Source: Myxococcota bacterium (GTDB lineage Bacteria; Myxococcota_A; UBA9160; SZUA-336). From it: DNA of 64,000 nucleotides. Both the position numbers and the translations under genes were made by a program. The stretch is from positions 1,152,001 through 1,216,000 of the forward strand of contig CBDFGR010000003.1 of NCBI GenBank assembly GCA_965247115.1, in the 5' to 3' direction. The notes beneath the pieces were generated by a model. That model ran no database searches. It was not told the DNA's origin and saw only the letters and a list, made by a program, of their open reading frames with translations. Below are positions 31,107 to 40,601 of the stretch, in pieces (position 1 is the first letter of the stretch; every line of letters begins with the position of its first letter).

Positions 31107-32720
31107 TCAGAGCTGCTGTCCTGGCCGAGCGAGAGGCTTCTCCGCCGGGAGGTCGAGCTGAACGTGGTCGATCGGAGCTCTCTGGGCTTGCAAGTAGGGG
31201 AGATAAACCGGGGGAAGCCCGGGTCTTTCGTTCTGAAGCAACTGCTCCACTGTCACGACCTGGATCTTCGGGAAGGGCTGCCCGGTCATCGGCCAGCTGT
31301 AGGTCCCGGCAGCGTCTGCAGCCCGGGTCATCCCGGGTGTGGGTTCCCTCATAAGGATCAAGACTCCGAGCTGTGCATCCTCCGCGGTAAGCGTCCCGTG
31401 GAGTTCTCGAACCATCGCCGGCCCTATGTTCTCTCCTCCTTTGACTGAGACGATTCCCAACCCAAATTCGCCCTCCGGAAGGTCGAATCGTAGTCGGCCG
31501 TCGACACCTTCATCACCCACTTGCTTGTCGTTTGCCTGAGCCTTCAATCGGGTGACTGCCCAGGTCTCAAAGTCGAACCTGTTCTTCTCCCAAAGGGCAC
31601 AAGCACCGGCTAGATCTTTCGGCTTGCCGGCGACCCCATAAGAATCCGAGATCGTGGAGCCATATCGGTCATGCAATCGAGTCTCGATTACATCGATCGC
31701 GAGATAGGCGATGTCGATTCCGATCCACGTTCGACCTAGGGCCTGCGCCGCATCAATCGCCGTCCCACATCCGCAGAACGGATCAAGGACCGTATCGCCC
31801 TCATCACTACATGCGCGTATGATCCTTTCGAGGAGAGCGAAAGGCTTCTGTGTCGGGTAGCCGAGACGCTCCTTCGAACTGTTGTTGAGCTTGTCGATTT
31901 CCCATACGTCATCGACGGGCCGCCCCTCCAGCATTGCATCTGCCACGTAGCGCTTGATGCGTTTCCCACCGCCAGCATCCGATAGGACGTAGTCACCATG
32001 TTCGTCGTGTCGCAACTTCTGCTTCCGAACCTTCAGATACTCCTCCTGACTCTCCCAAGGGATGCCATAGCCATTGAATCGCTGAGCGTCCCCAAGCGCG
32101 TAGAAGAGCAAGACATCGTGCCGACGCTCAAAGTGGTGCGCCAGCCGTTTGTTCCACCCGGAGTAGTGCCAGATGATCTCGTTTCGGAAGCAACGCGCAC
32201 CGAAGACGGCATCCATGAGTACTTTGAGATAGTGACTTGCCCCGGGGTCGCAGTGAAGCACGATCGAGCCAGTGGGCTTCAACACTCTTCGGAGCTTTAT
32301 CAGCCGCGGAGCCATCATGGCCAAGTACGCCATCATGTCCTGCTTCTTCAGGAACCTCTTGAAGGCGTATAGGCGCTCAGCGACTTCACCGCCCTCTGCA
32401 ACGCCGAGTTCGAAGGCCTCCGCTGCGCTCGGTGTCCATCGCCAGGTGTCTTCGAACGCCCGTCTCTGGGCAGATGATCTTCGCCCTGAGGGATCTAAGA
32501 AAAACTGGTTGTAGTCCTGCTTGCTATTGAACGGCGGGTCCAGATAGACAAGATCGACCGATGCCTTGCGGATCTCAGGGAGGACTTCGAGGTTGTCGCC
32601 GTAGTAGAGGACGTTGGGACTCGCGGGCTCGAGATCCAGCTCGAAGTCCGTCTGTGTGCCCGCAGCGTCTCGCGCGACACCGCGCCGGGTCGCCCTCTTT
32701 CGCTTCCGTGAAGTTGCCAT
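31107..32720 (-). CDS. DNA methyltransferase fused to an Mrr-like nuclease domain
   Basis: LYYGDNL, YLDPPF, LGYPTQKP, DPFCGCGT; C-terminal FETWAV...DEGVDG...VSVKGG...VRELHG. Confidence 0.88.
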   Translation of the reverse strand: MATSRKRKRATRRGVARDAAGTQTDFELDLEPASPNVLYYGDNLEVLPEIRKASVDLVYLDPPFNSKQDYNQFFLDPSGRRSSAQRRAFEDTWRWTPSAAEAFELGVAEGGEVAERLYAFKRFLKKQDMMAYLAMMAPRLIKLRRVLKPTGSIVLHCDPGASHYLKVLMDAVFGARCFRNEIIWHYSGWNKRLAHHFERRHDVLLFYALGDAQRFNGYGIPWESQEEYLKVRKQKLRHDEHGDYVLSDAGGGKRIKRYVADAMLEGRPVDDVWEIDKLNNSSKERLGYPTQKPFALLERIIRACSDEGDTVLDPFCGCGTAIDAAQALGRTWIGIDIAYLAIDVIETRLHDRYGSTISDSYGVAGKPKDLAGACALWEKNRFDFETWAVTRLKAQANDKQVGDEGVDGRLRFDLPEGEFGLGIVSVKGGENIGPAMVRELHGTLTAEDAQLGVLILMREPTPGMTRAADAAGTYSWPMTGQPFPKIQVVTVEQLLQNERPGLPPVYLPYLQAQRAPIDHVQLDLPAEKPLARPGQQL

Positions 32721-32929
32721 CGTTACGAATCCCTTACAGGATGAACGGATGCGGGGGAGAGCGCATGAATGGCGGCATTCATATCGCACGCGGTTACCCG
32801 AGGCGCAACACCTTGGTGTCGCAATACTCAGAGGAAGCCTGCATCTTGTAGGGCCAAACCTTCGTAGTACAACATGCGCAGGTGCCGAGTGCGTCCAGCC
32901 CGCACGGAAGGGCACTAAGACCGCTGGCC

Positions 32930-33304
32930 TCATCCCGACAGGTCGAGCTGGAGCTCGCGCGGATGGGGCAACTCGCCAACCTTCCAGCCCTGAACGTGGA
33001 GCCGGGTCGGCTCGTAGTGCTCGCCGACGTAGGTGTGGTACTCAGGCCGCTCGCGTTCCGTACGCTCCACGGCCATCTGCCGTCCCTCGGGCGTGTCGAA
33101 GACGATATCTACGCCCTCCCCCCACCCGGACCCGAACTGGTGCTTGCTCTTCTCGTGGCCGCCCACAAGCGCGTTCCGCCTCTCGGTGCGGCAGCCCCCC
33201 GTCACCGATCCGCCGTACCAGCAGCAGAGCTGCCAGCACCAGAGGACGAACTCGCCTACATCGACCCAGTCGATCTGGTGCGGCTCCGAGAGAGGCAGGC
33301 TCAT
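32930..33304 (-). CDS. Peptidase M15-like endolysin
   Basis: CRTERRNALVGGHEKSKH...GVDI...LHVQ matches the R-x-N-x-VGG-x-S-x-H, D, H pattern. Confidence 0.7.
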   Translation of the reverse strand: MSLPLSEPHQIDWVDVGEFVLWCWQLCCWYGGSVTGGCRTERRNALVGGHEKSKHQFGSGWGEGVDIVFDTPEGRQMAVERTERERPEYHTYVGEHYEPTRLHVQGWKVGELPHPRELQLDLSG

Positions 33305-33708
33305 GGCGCCAGCGAACGCATCCAGTCCGGCTTCCTCTTGTTGTGCCGGCAGCGCAGGCCCGCTTCCGGGCCGCAGGTGTCGTAAGCACCGAAGTTCCCG
33401 CCCACGAAGACCGCGCGGTGGTAGAGGAACCGGACCCAGCGCCAGCGCCACGGGAGCGATGTGCGGATGTTCTCCTTGAGCTCCCCATCGGCGTCGTTCT
33501 TGCGCTGCCACGTCATCGAGCCGGCCGGGTGACAGCGGGTGCAGTACCTCCAGTCGTGGATCCGGCAGGCCCAGCGGAAGTCGAAGCCGAAGAGGTCGTC
33601 CGGCGAGCTCGAGCAGCCGTCGTCCTGGAAGTGCTCCGGGATCTCTGCAAGCGTCCGCTTCGCCTCCTTCGGGATCGGCCGCTGCAGTCGGCCGTCTAGA
33701 AGCCCCAT
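33301..33708 (-). CDS. Phospholipase A2-like phage protein
   Basis: DGCS...ACRIHDWRY...DAD..L; coupled to the endolysin. Confidence 0.62.
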   Translation of the reverse strand: MGLLDGRLQRPIPKEAKRTLAEIPEHFQDDGCSSSPDDLFGFDFRWACRIHDWRYCTRCHPAGSMTWQRKNDADGELKENIRTSLPWRWRWVRFLYHRAVFVGGNFGAYDTCGPEAGLRCRHNKRKPDWMRSLAP

Positions 33709-33726
33709 TCCCCTCTCACCCCCCGC

Positions 33727-34011
33727 TCACTCATCGACCGTGACGCGGCCCGTGATCGGGACCTCGTCCGTTACGGCAGCGGGTTTGTCGCTGCCGCTGC
33801 ATCCGACCCGCGGGACCTCGTCCGCTACGGCAGCGGGTTTGTCGCTGTCGCTGCATCCGACCCGCAGGGCGTTGCCCATGACCTCGAGCTCGGCCTCGGC
33901 GCCGCCTTCAAAGCCGCAGATATCCCACATCACCCAGCCGTGCTCTCCTGGCCCGATCTGCATCGCGCAGGACGGCAGGAGCAGCAGCGCAAGGATGAGA
34001 GCTTGTTTCAT
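33727..34011 (-). CDS. Small phage lipoprotein with an internal 18-aa duplication
   Basis: MKQALILALLLLPSC lipobox-like signal; 54-bp direct repeat 33758-33865. Confidence 0.65.
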   Translation of the reverse strand: MKQALILALLLLPSCAMQIGPGEHGWVMWDICGFEGGAEAELEVMGNALRVGCSDSDKPAAVADEVPRVGCSGSDKPAAVTDEVPITGRVTVDE

Positions 34012-34316
34012 GGTGTCCCCCCTCGGATCGCACGGACGACCTTCTCGGGGATGTCGTCCACCTTCCCTTCGAGGCTGCCGAGACGTCGCTCCACGTCCCG
34101 TAGCTGCTGCTGGACGCCCGATAGGTCGCGCTCGGCAGCACCGATCCGGTCGCTATTCGATGCGGACCGTTCCGCCACCGGCGCCACGGCCTTCTCCACG
34201 TGCTCCTCACTCGCCACATTTCGGACCAGCGTGAAGTAGATGGTGAGGAGGATTCCCAGGGCCGTCCCGGCGGCGGCTGCAATCGGACGCCAGTAGCCGT
34301 TGGAGGAGCTGGGCAT
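34008..34316 (-). CDS. Single-TM coiled-coil phage protein (holin- or spanin-like position)
   Basis: TM AAAAGTALGILLTIYFTLV followed by a heptad coil; coupled to the lipoprotein. Confidence 0.6.
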   Translation of the reverse strand: MPSSSNGYWRPIAAAAGTALGILLTIYFTLVRNVASEEHVEKAVAPVAERSASNSDRIGAAERDLSGVQQQLRDVERRLGSLEGKVDDIPEKVVRAIRGGTP

Positions 34317-34328
34317 ATCAGCTAGCGG

Positions 34329-34979
34329 TCATGGCAGGGCAATCGCTTCCAGCTCAGTCAGGCTCTGCGCCGCGTCCAGCGAAGGAGTCAGGGTTGCCGG
34401 CGCATCCCGGAGCACTTGCTTCCGCGTAGATATGCGATTGATCTCCGATCGGTTGTCCTGCTCAAGCGTACGAACGGCCTCAACATCAAGGGTCTCGAGC
34501 TCGGCGTTTCGTTCCGTACGGAGCGCCGCCAGACGGATGGCTCGCGCCTTCGGCAGATCCATGTCCACCGACGGATCCTCGGTGGTCCAGTCCCAGGCAT
34601 CTCGATACTTCCACGAGACCTGGTCCGACGGAATCGTGCCCTCGTCCACGATCGCGACCACCTGGGCGCCGGCGAAGCCTTCGTGGCCATCCTGAGCGAG
34701 CTTCTGGAGAAGCTCCGCACCGATGCGCTGGGCAAACTCCTCCTCGGTCTCCGCCCAAATGGGATCGAGCGCGGCCACCATATCGACGTAGGAGGCTCCC
34801 GTGCGGCCAAACCGCTCGACGAATACCTGCTCGAGTGGTCGAACTACTACTTGCTGGCGCGTATCCAGCGGGTCGGTTCCCATCTGAACGGGGACGACAG
34901 TCTCGATTCGCCGCTGCCCGTAGGCGGGCCTGGAGAACGCCAGTGTCCCCGTGTCGAGCTTGATCAGGATTGTCTTCAT
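34329..34979 (-). CDS. Phage tail-fibre-associated protein
   Basis: IPSD...YRDAW...VDMDLPKARAIRLAALRTERN...KQVLRDAP; directly follows the fibre gene. Confidence 0.65.
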   Translation of the reverse strand: MKTILIKLDTGTLAFSRPAYGQRRIETVVPVQMGTDPLDTRQQVVVRPLEQVFVERFGRTGASYVDMVAALDPIWAETEEEFAQRIGAELLQKLAQDGHEGFAGAQVVAIVDEGTIPSDQVSWKYRDAWDWTTEDPSVDMDLPKARAIRLAALRTERNAELETLDVEAVRTLEQDNRSEINRISTRKQVLRDAPATLTPSLDAAQSLTELEAIALP

Positions 34980-36053
34980 TACTGGTCTCCAAAACCCAAA
35001 GCGCAGCAGATCGACGCGTCCGCGAAGACCTCCGGGTTCGCGCCGTCGGTGATCAGAACGGCGATCGATCCTGACGCCATCGAGCCCATGGTGATATGGT
35101 TGCTGGCCCTGGCATCGCCAGAGTCGCTCGAGTTTGCCAAGGCTCCGAAGCACCAGTTTGCCGATGAGAAGTTCGTGCCGATCGTGATCGTCTCTTTTCC
35201 AACCCCGGTATTCGTCAGCGCCGTGACGTTGTAGCTGGCGTCGATGGTCGTCCCGCTCGTATCCCACTTGACCCAGAACTTCGCGGCGCTGGGGTGGTGG
35301 TGCTGCACGCTGGGCGTGACGCTCACTGCACCAGACGTGCCCGCCTCCATCTGGATCTGGCTCGCATAGGGCCGAAAGAGATTCACGATCCGCCTCCAGC
35401 CGTTCGACTGGAGCAATGCGAGATCACGCGGAATCCGAACCTTCTCCGCGTGGACCTCTTCCCCGACCCACACGCGGACCTTGCGGATGTCGATGATTGG
35501 ACTCGTAGCGGCGTTGTGCCAGAGATCGAAGCCAAATCCGAAGTACGCCCCAGTGCTCGGAGGTCCCGGCCGCAAGGATCGGAACCCCGGCCGCGTCGAA
35601 GCTCAGGAACTTCGACGCCCTCGCGATTGCCGAGCCAAGCTCTGTGTCCAGGATCCCATCGCCGAACGGGATCCGAATCGCGCGCTCGACCCGCGAGCGA
35701 GTTGCCTTCTCCTGGTTCGTAAGCACGTCCAGCGCGGTCTCGTGACTCGCGGCCGGGAAGGAATCTGCCGTCGTGTAGTCCGTCTCCTGCTTGAGCGGCG
35801 GATCGCCGTAGATCACCACCTTCTCGGTGGCGACCGGCGCGACCAGGAAGGTCACGTTCCCGCCCGTGGCATCCCCGACCCCCGAAACCGTGTAGTCGCT
35901 GATCCGGGTCTGGAGCGCATCGACGCCCGTCGCGATCGTGCGCTTGATCACCTTGAGGTCGTCGGCGTCCAGGTAGCGCCAGGGAGCCGCGAAGACGGTG
36001 GTAACACCGTTTCCGGTATACTCGACAAGGTTCTGTTCGGCCGTGATCGTCAT
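34979..36053 (-). pseudogene. Phage tail fibre gene with an out-of-frame break near 35565
   Basis: T7 gp17-like N-terminus YTGNGVTTVF...DLKVI...HETALD; C-terminus AKFWVKWD...SYNVTALTNTGVG in another frame. Confidence 0.72.
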
Positions 36054-36061
36054 GGACGCTC

Positions 36062-38910
36062 CTATTGCTCCCGTCGTGGCCCCGTGAGCAGGACAGCCGG
36101 GTTGCTCGACTCGCCCTCCTCAAGAGCGACCACTCCCCGCGTGAAGCGATCCACCGTTACCGCGGGGTAATGGAAGAGGATCCCGGCGGCCTGATTCACG
36201 GCGCGGAACTGCGCCTCGTCGGCCTCCCCTTGCGCAAGCTGCCGCATGGCCCGGCCGGCGGAGGCGAAGAAGCGCGTACCCGCAGGACCGTCCCAGGTGT
36301 AGTACCCGGCGATGAAGCCCGAGAACTCCCGCAGCCCCACCATCGTCCCGGCCAGGTACTCGAGCTGCCAGCGCACCAGCTTCTCCGGGAGGTCCGCATC
36401 GTCATCCCCGCTCCCCTGGATCGCGTCCCGCATCATCTCCGTCAGGACCGCCGGCGCCGTGTAGAGCAGCAGCATGTCCACAGCGAAGCGCCCGACCTCG
36501 CGCGGCTGCTTGAAGTTCGTGCGTCGCCACGACTCCGCCGTCAAGTTGAAGGTCGTGTTGAAGAAGCTGTAGAAGTTCGTCCAGAGCCGTTGGAGCGGGC
36601 TCCCACGCTGGATCTGCGCCAGGTCCTTGATCTGCCCGCCGCCCTGCGCATCCAGCACGGCTTGGTCCGCGAGGGCTACCGCTCGAGCCTCGTTGCCATC
36701 CGCATCCATCGCCTTCTCGTAGGCGCCGAGCCAGGTCGGGATGTCCGCGACCAGCTGCATCTTCACGATCATGTAGAAGTAGGCGTCCATCACGGGAGAG
36801 AACACGTCGCCACCGCCCACACGGTTCTGGATCTCGTTGATCTCCCGCTGCTGAGTTCGCGGCCGGAGCTTCATGAAGGTGGACTTGTCCGCGATCCAGG
36901 CCGCCGTGTTCTCCATCGTCGCGGCGTCGCGCATCCAGCGCATGAGGCCTCGGCCGACCCACTTCGGACCGATTCGAACCATGGACTGCGTAAGGCCGTA
37001 GGGCTGGAGCAGCGCCGTAATCACGTTGAAGCCCATGCCGGAGATCGAACTCCCCTTTCGGAGGTAGTTCATCGCGCGGTCGAAGGAGGTCTGCGCCGGC
37101 AGGCTGCCGGCCGCCACGTCCTCGATCGCGTGCTGGATCTGGCGCAGGACCGGGAAGCCGTAGCCATCCAGGATCGCGCTCTGCACCCGCCGATCCCCCA
37201 CGATCTTGTTGGCGTCGATCAGCCACTCGTGGAAGGCGAGGTCATGGATGACCTGGTCGAAGTGCTCGAAGATGACGCCAAAGTCGAGTCGAATGGGCCG
37301 CACCACGTCGCCTCGGAACCGGGCCTTCGTGTGGCCCCTGCGGGTAGAGGCGCGGGTATACGCGCCCCTCATGGCCTGCTTCGCCGCGTCCGCTGCGATG
37401 TTCGCGCTTGCCCGCGGGCTCAGCCGCTCGTCGAAGGAGATCGGGAAGTAGCCTCCGCGCAGATGCCCGCCCGGCACATCCCGGGGCACCGCCTCCACCT
37501 TCTCCTCGGCGACGCCCGCGACACGCTTCTGTTTCGCCGCGATCTCCGGCCAGTAGGAGTCGATGGCCTCCCAGATCTGATTCAGGAACTCCACGTCCGT
37601 CGGCGTGAGCGTGTCCAGGATGGCCGCACCATCCGCCGCGCTCCAGCCGTGCCCGTCGAGGATTCGCTGCTCGTTCACGGCGTTCCCCATGTTCAGCGCA
37701 ACCATCAGCCGGGCCTCGTGGGAGAGCGAGATGTTCGTTCCGGGCACCACGAACTTCTGGCGCAGAGAGGGCTTCGTCAGCGTACCCAGCGTGACCTTCG
37801 CCGCCGTCTTCCGCAGGGCCTCCCCGAAGCCGAGGTAGGGCTGGAAGATCTCGGAGAGCTGCATCGTGACCTTCGCGCGCTCGTCTGCCTCGAAGTCTCC
37901 CTTCTCGTTCAGCGGCCGGACCAGGAGCTCCCACAGGGTCCCGCCGTCCTGCATCCCGTCCATCTCCCGAATGAGGCTCGAGAGCTTCCGGTGAGAGGCG
38001 AAGTAGTCGCCCATCGTGGTCCTACGCTGCTCAGCCGGATCCCGCGTCTCGATCTCCCGGGGCTTCGTCGTGCGGGCGTTCTCCCGGATGGTCTCCACGG
38101 CCTGGCCGACCCGCGCTTCAAGCTCACGCTTCCCCTGCACCGTTAGGAGCTCAAGCTTCAGCTTCGCGAGGTGGTCGATGTTCTGGACCGCATCCGTGAG
38201 CCCATCGAGTTGGTTCACCGTGAGGTTCCGCCAGGGCGTGCGGAACGCGTCGTTCCGGAGGTCCTCGTCGATCGTTACGACCTCACCAGCCTCCTCCCGC
38301 TCGGTGATCCAGTCCGCCAAGGCCTGCCGTCGGTCTGCGGCCTTGTCCGAGATGCGGCGGAAGTCAAAGCGGTCATGGAGTGCGTCGATCTGGTCCAGAT
38401 AGGACTCTCCGGCGAGCCCGATCCTGGATCGGACCCGGCCCTCCGCGAAGCGCCGATGGAAGGCCCGATTCTTGAGTGAGCGCTCCCGAGCCTTCGTGGA
38501 CTCCATCGCGAGGTAGTGGTTGAGCAGCTGCTTCCGCTTCGCGTCGTGCGCCGTGGTCCAGTCCTGCGCTGCGATGGCCTCCACGGCCTGCCGCGCCATG
38601 CGGGCCTCGGCGGAGCGGTGCACGCCGGGCCGCAAATCCCGGATCCGCTTCTCGCCGACCAGACGCTCTGACGCGGCGCGCGCCACTTGGACCGGCGTCG
38701 GGCGGATGCCCGCCCGCTTGGCCAGTGCCCGGACCTCCCTTACTAAGAAGCGCCCGGTCTGGTCCCGCTCCGTCGCACCAAGCGCCTTGTCGGCCAGCGT
38801 CCCGTCCCGACGCATGTCCCCGAAGCGCTCCCGCATCCGGGTCTCCGTCTCCTGATCAATCACGGCCTGCCGGTTGCCTGAGGCTTGGAGGGCCCGCACG
38901 AGCGCATCGC
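36062..38910 (-). pseudogene. Large phage internal-virion-type protein, 5'-truncated
   Basis: About 950 aa helical ORF (LRGGYFPI, AVLDAQGGGQIKDLAQIQRG) upstream of the tail fibre; N-terminus replaced by unrelated DNA. Confidence 0.72.
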
Positions 38911-39532
38911 AGGCGTTTGGATCAATCCGAAGCCGCTGCAACGACCCCACCCCCCGATGTACGTCGTGGCGCCTTCTTTTGCTGCGAAAACGGGAACGGC
39001 GATGGACCGCGTTGCGCGAATGGGGTTCGACGTCGGTGCAATCGGCGGCTTCTTTACAGGTCTCACAGGGGGTGAGATGTGGAGGCAGTGGTGGGAGGCA
39101 TGGCAGCGCGCTTGCGAACGCAATCATCGTGATCGCAGCTACGCCCGGATCCACACCTTCGCTACGAGCTACGTCACGGACGATCCAGAAAAGGCGTGGG
39201 CGGAACATCGCCTCGGTTTTCTGCACAGCTTCAACTACGAGCGGCAGGGGGTGCGCCCCTACAGTTCCCTGTTCATGGAAAAGTCACCGGAGCAGCCCGA
39301 GGACATCCCGGGGTGGGAAAAGGTGTTCGTCACGCCGGACGATGCGATCGCCGAACTGTGCGCTTCCTATGCCGACGGGGCGCCGGACGAGATCCATTTG
39401 ATCCCCAAAAAGCCCGGCATGAGTTGGGAACAATCGGGGCAATACATGCGGAATTTCATCGAGAGGGTCGCACCGGCCGTCCAGGATTTAGCGCCCGAAC
39501 GTGAATCCGCTTGCCGCGTGGACGCGACGTAG
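38910..39532 (+). pseudogene. C-terminal half of an LLM-class flavin oxidoreductase
   Basis: INPKPLQRPHPPMYV...FVTPDDAIAEL...FIERVAPAV; N-terminal half missing. Confidence 0.72.
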
Positions 39533-39699
39533 AGGGGCGCTCTGGCGACTGCGGACGGTGCTGAGAATTCGAGACGAGGGGCTGCCGCTGCCCCGTCGCC
39601 GTGGGCGGACATCAGCAAGATCGAAGACTCCTACTACGTTCACGAGGGAGTCGATGCGTACGTCTTCTACGATTACAACCTGCGCCACGACGCCGCGGT

Positions 39700-39983
39700 A
39701 TTGCAAGATCGTCAACTCAGCAACCCTGCGGCGGTGTGACTTCGGATCCGTGTAGCGGCCTGTGATTGCGAAGCGTCCCATCGACGAGGTCGAGTGCCCG
39801 AGGTGGAGCGCCGCGTCGACGATCCAACCTCCGTGCTCTTGGATCCGAGTCGCTGCAGTCGCCCGCAGCCCGTGGAAGTGGAGCCCCTCAATCTTCGCGC
39901 GTTCGCAGGCAGCCTCCCATGATCCGCGGACGCTCTTTCGGCGCGACCCCGATCTGGTGTGCAGTTTCCAGGCCTTCCGCAAG
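39700..39983 (-). pseudogene. Tyrosine recombinase C-terminal remnant
   Basis: WEAACERAKIEGLHFHGLRATAAT...LGHS...ITGRY. Confidence 0.78.
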
Positions 39984-40027
39984 CTGATAGGCTGCACACG
40001 GCTGCCCGAATCGGAGGTGTCGGTCCC

Positions 40028-40498
40028 ATGGATCGTCCCAAGCCCGGCGTCGCTCTCACGATCGCGGCCCTGCTCTTCGTCGTCATCGCCGTGGAGAGCT
40101 TCCTGAAGCCATACGATCCGATGGAATTCTTGGTGCTCGGGTTTCGCACGGATGGACTTCTGGAGGCGATCGTTGCACGTGTTCACGCGGCGCTCATGCT
40201 CGCGATCGCCTATGGCATCTGGCGGCTCAAGCGCTACGCCCTCTACTTCCTGCTGGTCTACACACCGTACGTACTGTTGAATATCATCCTGTTCTCGTTG
40301 CGCTACGACTGGCCCGATCTTCAAAGCGGAGGTCCAACCGGGATCCTCTCCCCGCTATTTGGGACCGGGATCCTTGGGCTGCCCTCTCCGGGCGACATCC
40401 CCGGTCCCCTGTACGCGGTCATCTGGACGCTCATCTCCCTCGGCCCGCTCGGCGGAACGGCCTATCTGCTGTCGCGGCGTCGTCCCGAATTGAGCTGA
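40028..40498 (+). CDS. Four-TM membrane protein, paralog A
   Basis: MDRPKPGVALTIAALLFVVIAVES...YGIWRLKRYA; closely similar to 43195-43635. Confidence 0.8.
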   Translation: MDRPKPGVALTIAALLFVVIAVESFLKPYDPMEFLVLGFRTDGLLEAIVARVHAALMLAIAYGIWRLKRYALYFLLVYTPYVLLNIILFSLRYDWPDLQSGGPTGILSPLFGTGILGLPSPGDIPGPLYAVIWTLISLGPLGGTAYLLSRRRPELS

Positions 40499-40601
40499 GT
40501 TGCGCTCCTACCTATGGAAGGGCACTCAAGGAGGGTCTTTCGGGTTCTGACAATGGCTTCCCCGTTCGATCGAGTCGTCTGAAGGTCAGGAGAGGATTGC
40601 G

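Larger units (their letters stand above)
24322..38910. mobile_element. Decayed podovirus-like prophage
   Basis: att at left, small early-type genes and MTases on +, lysis, tail-fibre and large virion genes on -; no capsid, terminase or integrase; truncated at right. Confidence 0.8.

Noticed and set aside
30791..31354. Cys-rich zinc-finger phage ORF
   Set aside because: Plausible 5' part, but it overlaps the convergent MTase 3' end by about 250 bp and its boundaries cannot be fixed
36062..39226. Single 1054-aa CDS as given in the ORF track
   Set aside because: The first ~105 aa are the antisense of the LLM fragment; phage-like sequence begins near 38910
39488..40324. 278-aa intact integrase
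   Set aside because: The N-terminal part is antisense to the membrane gene; only the catalytic tail is integrase-like
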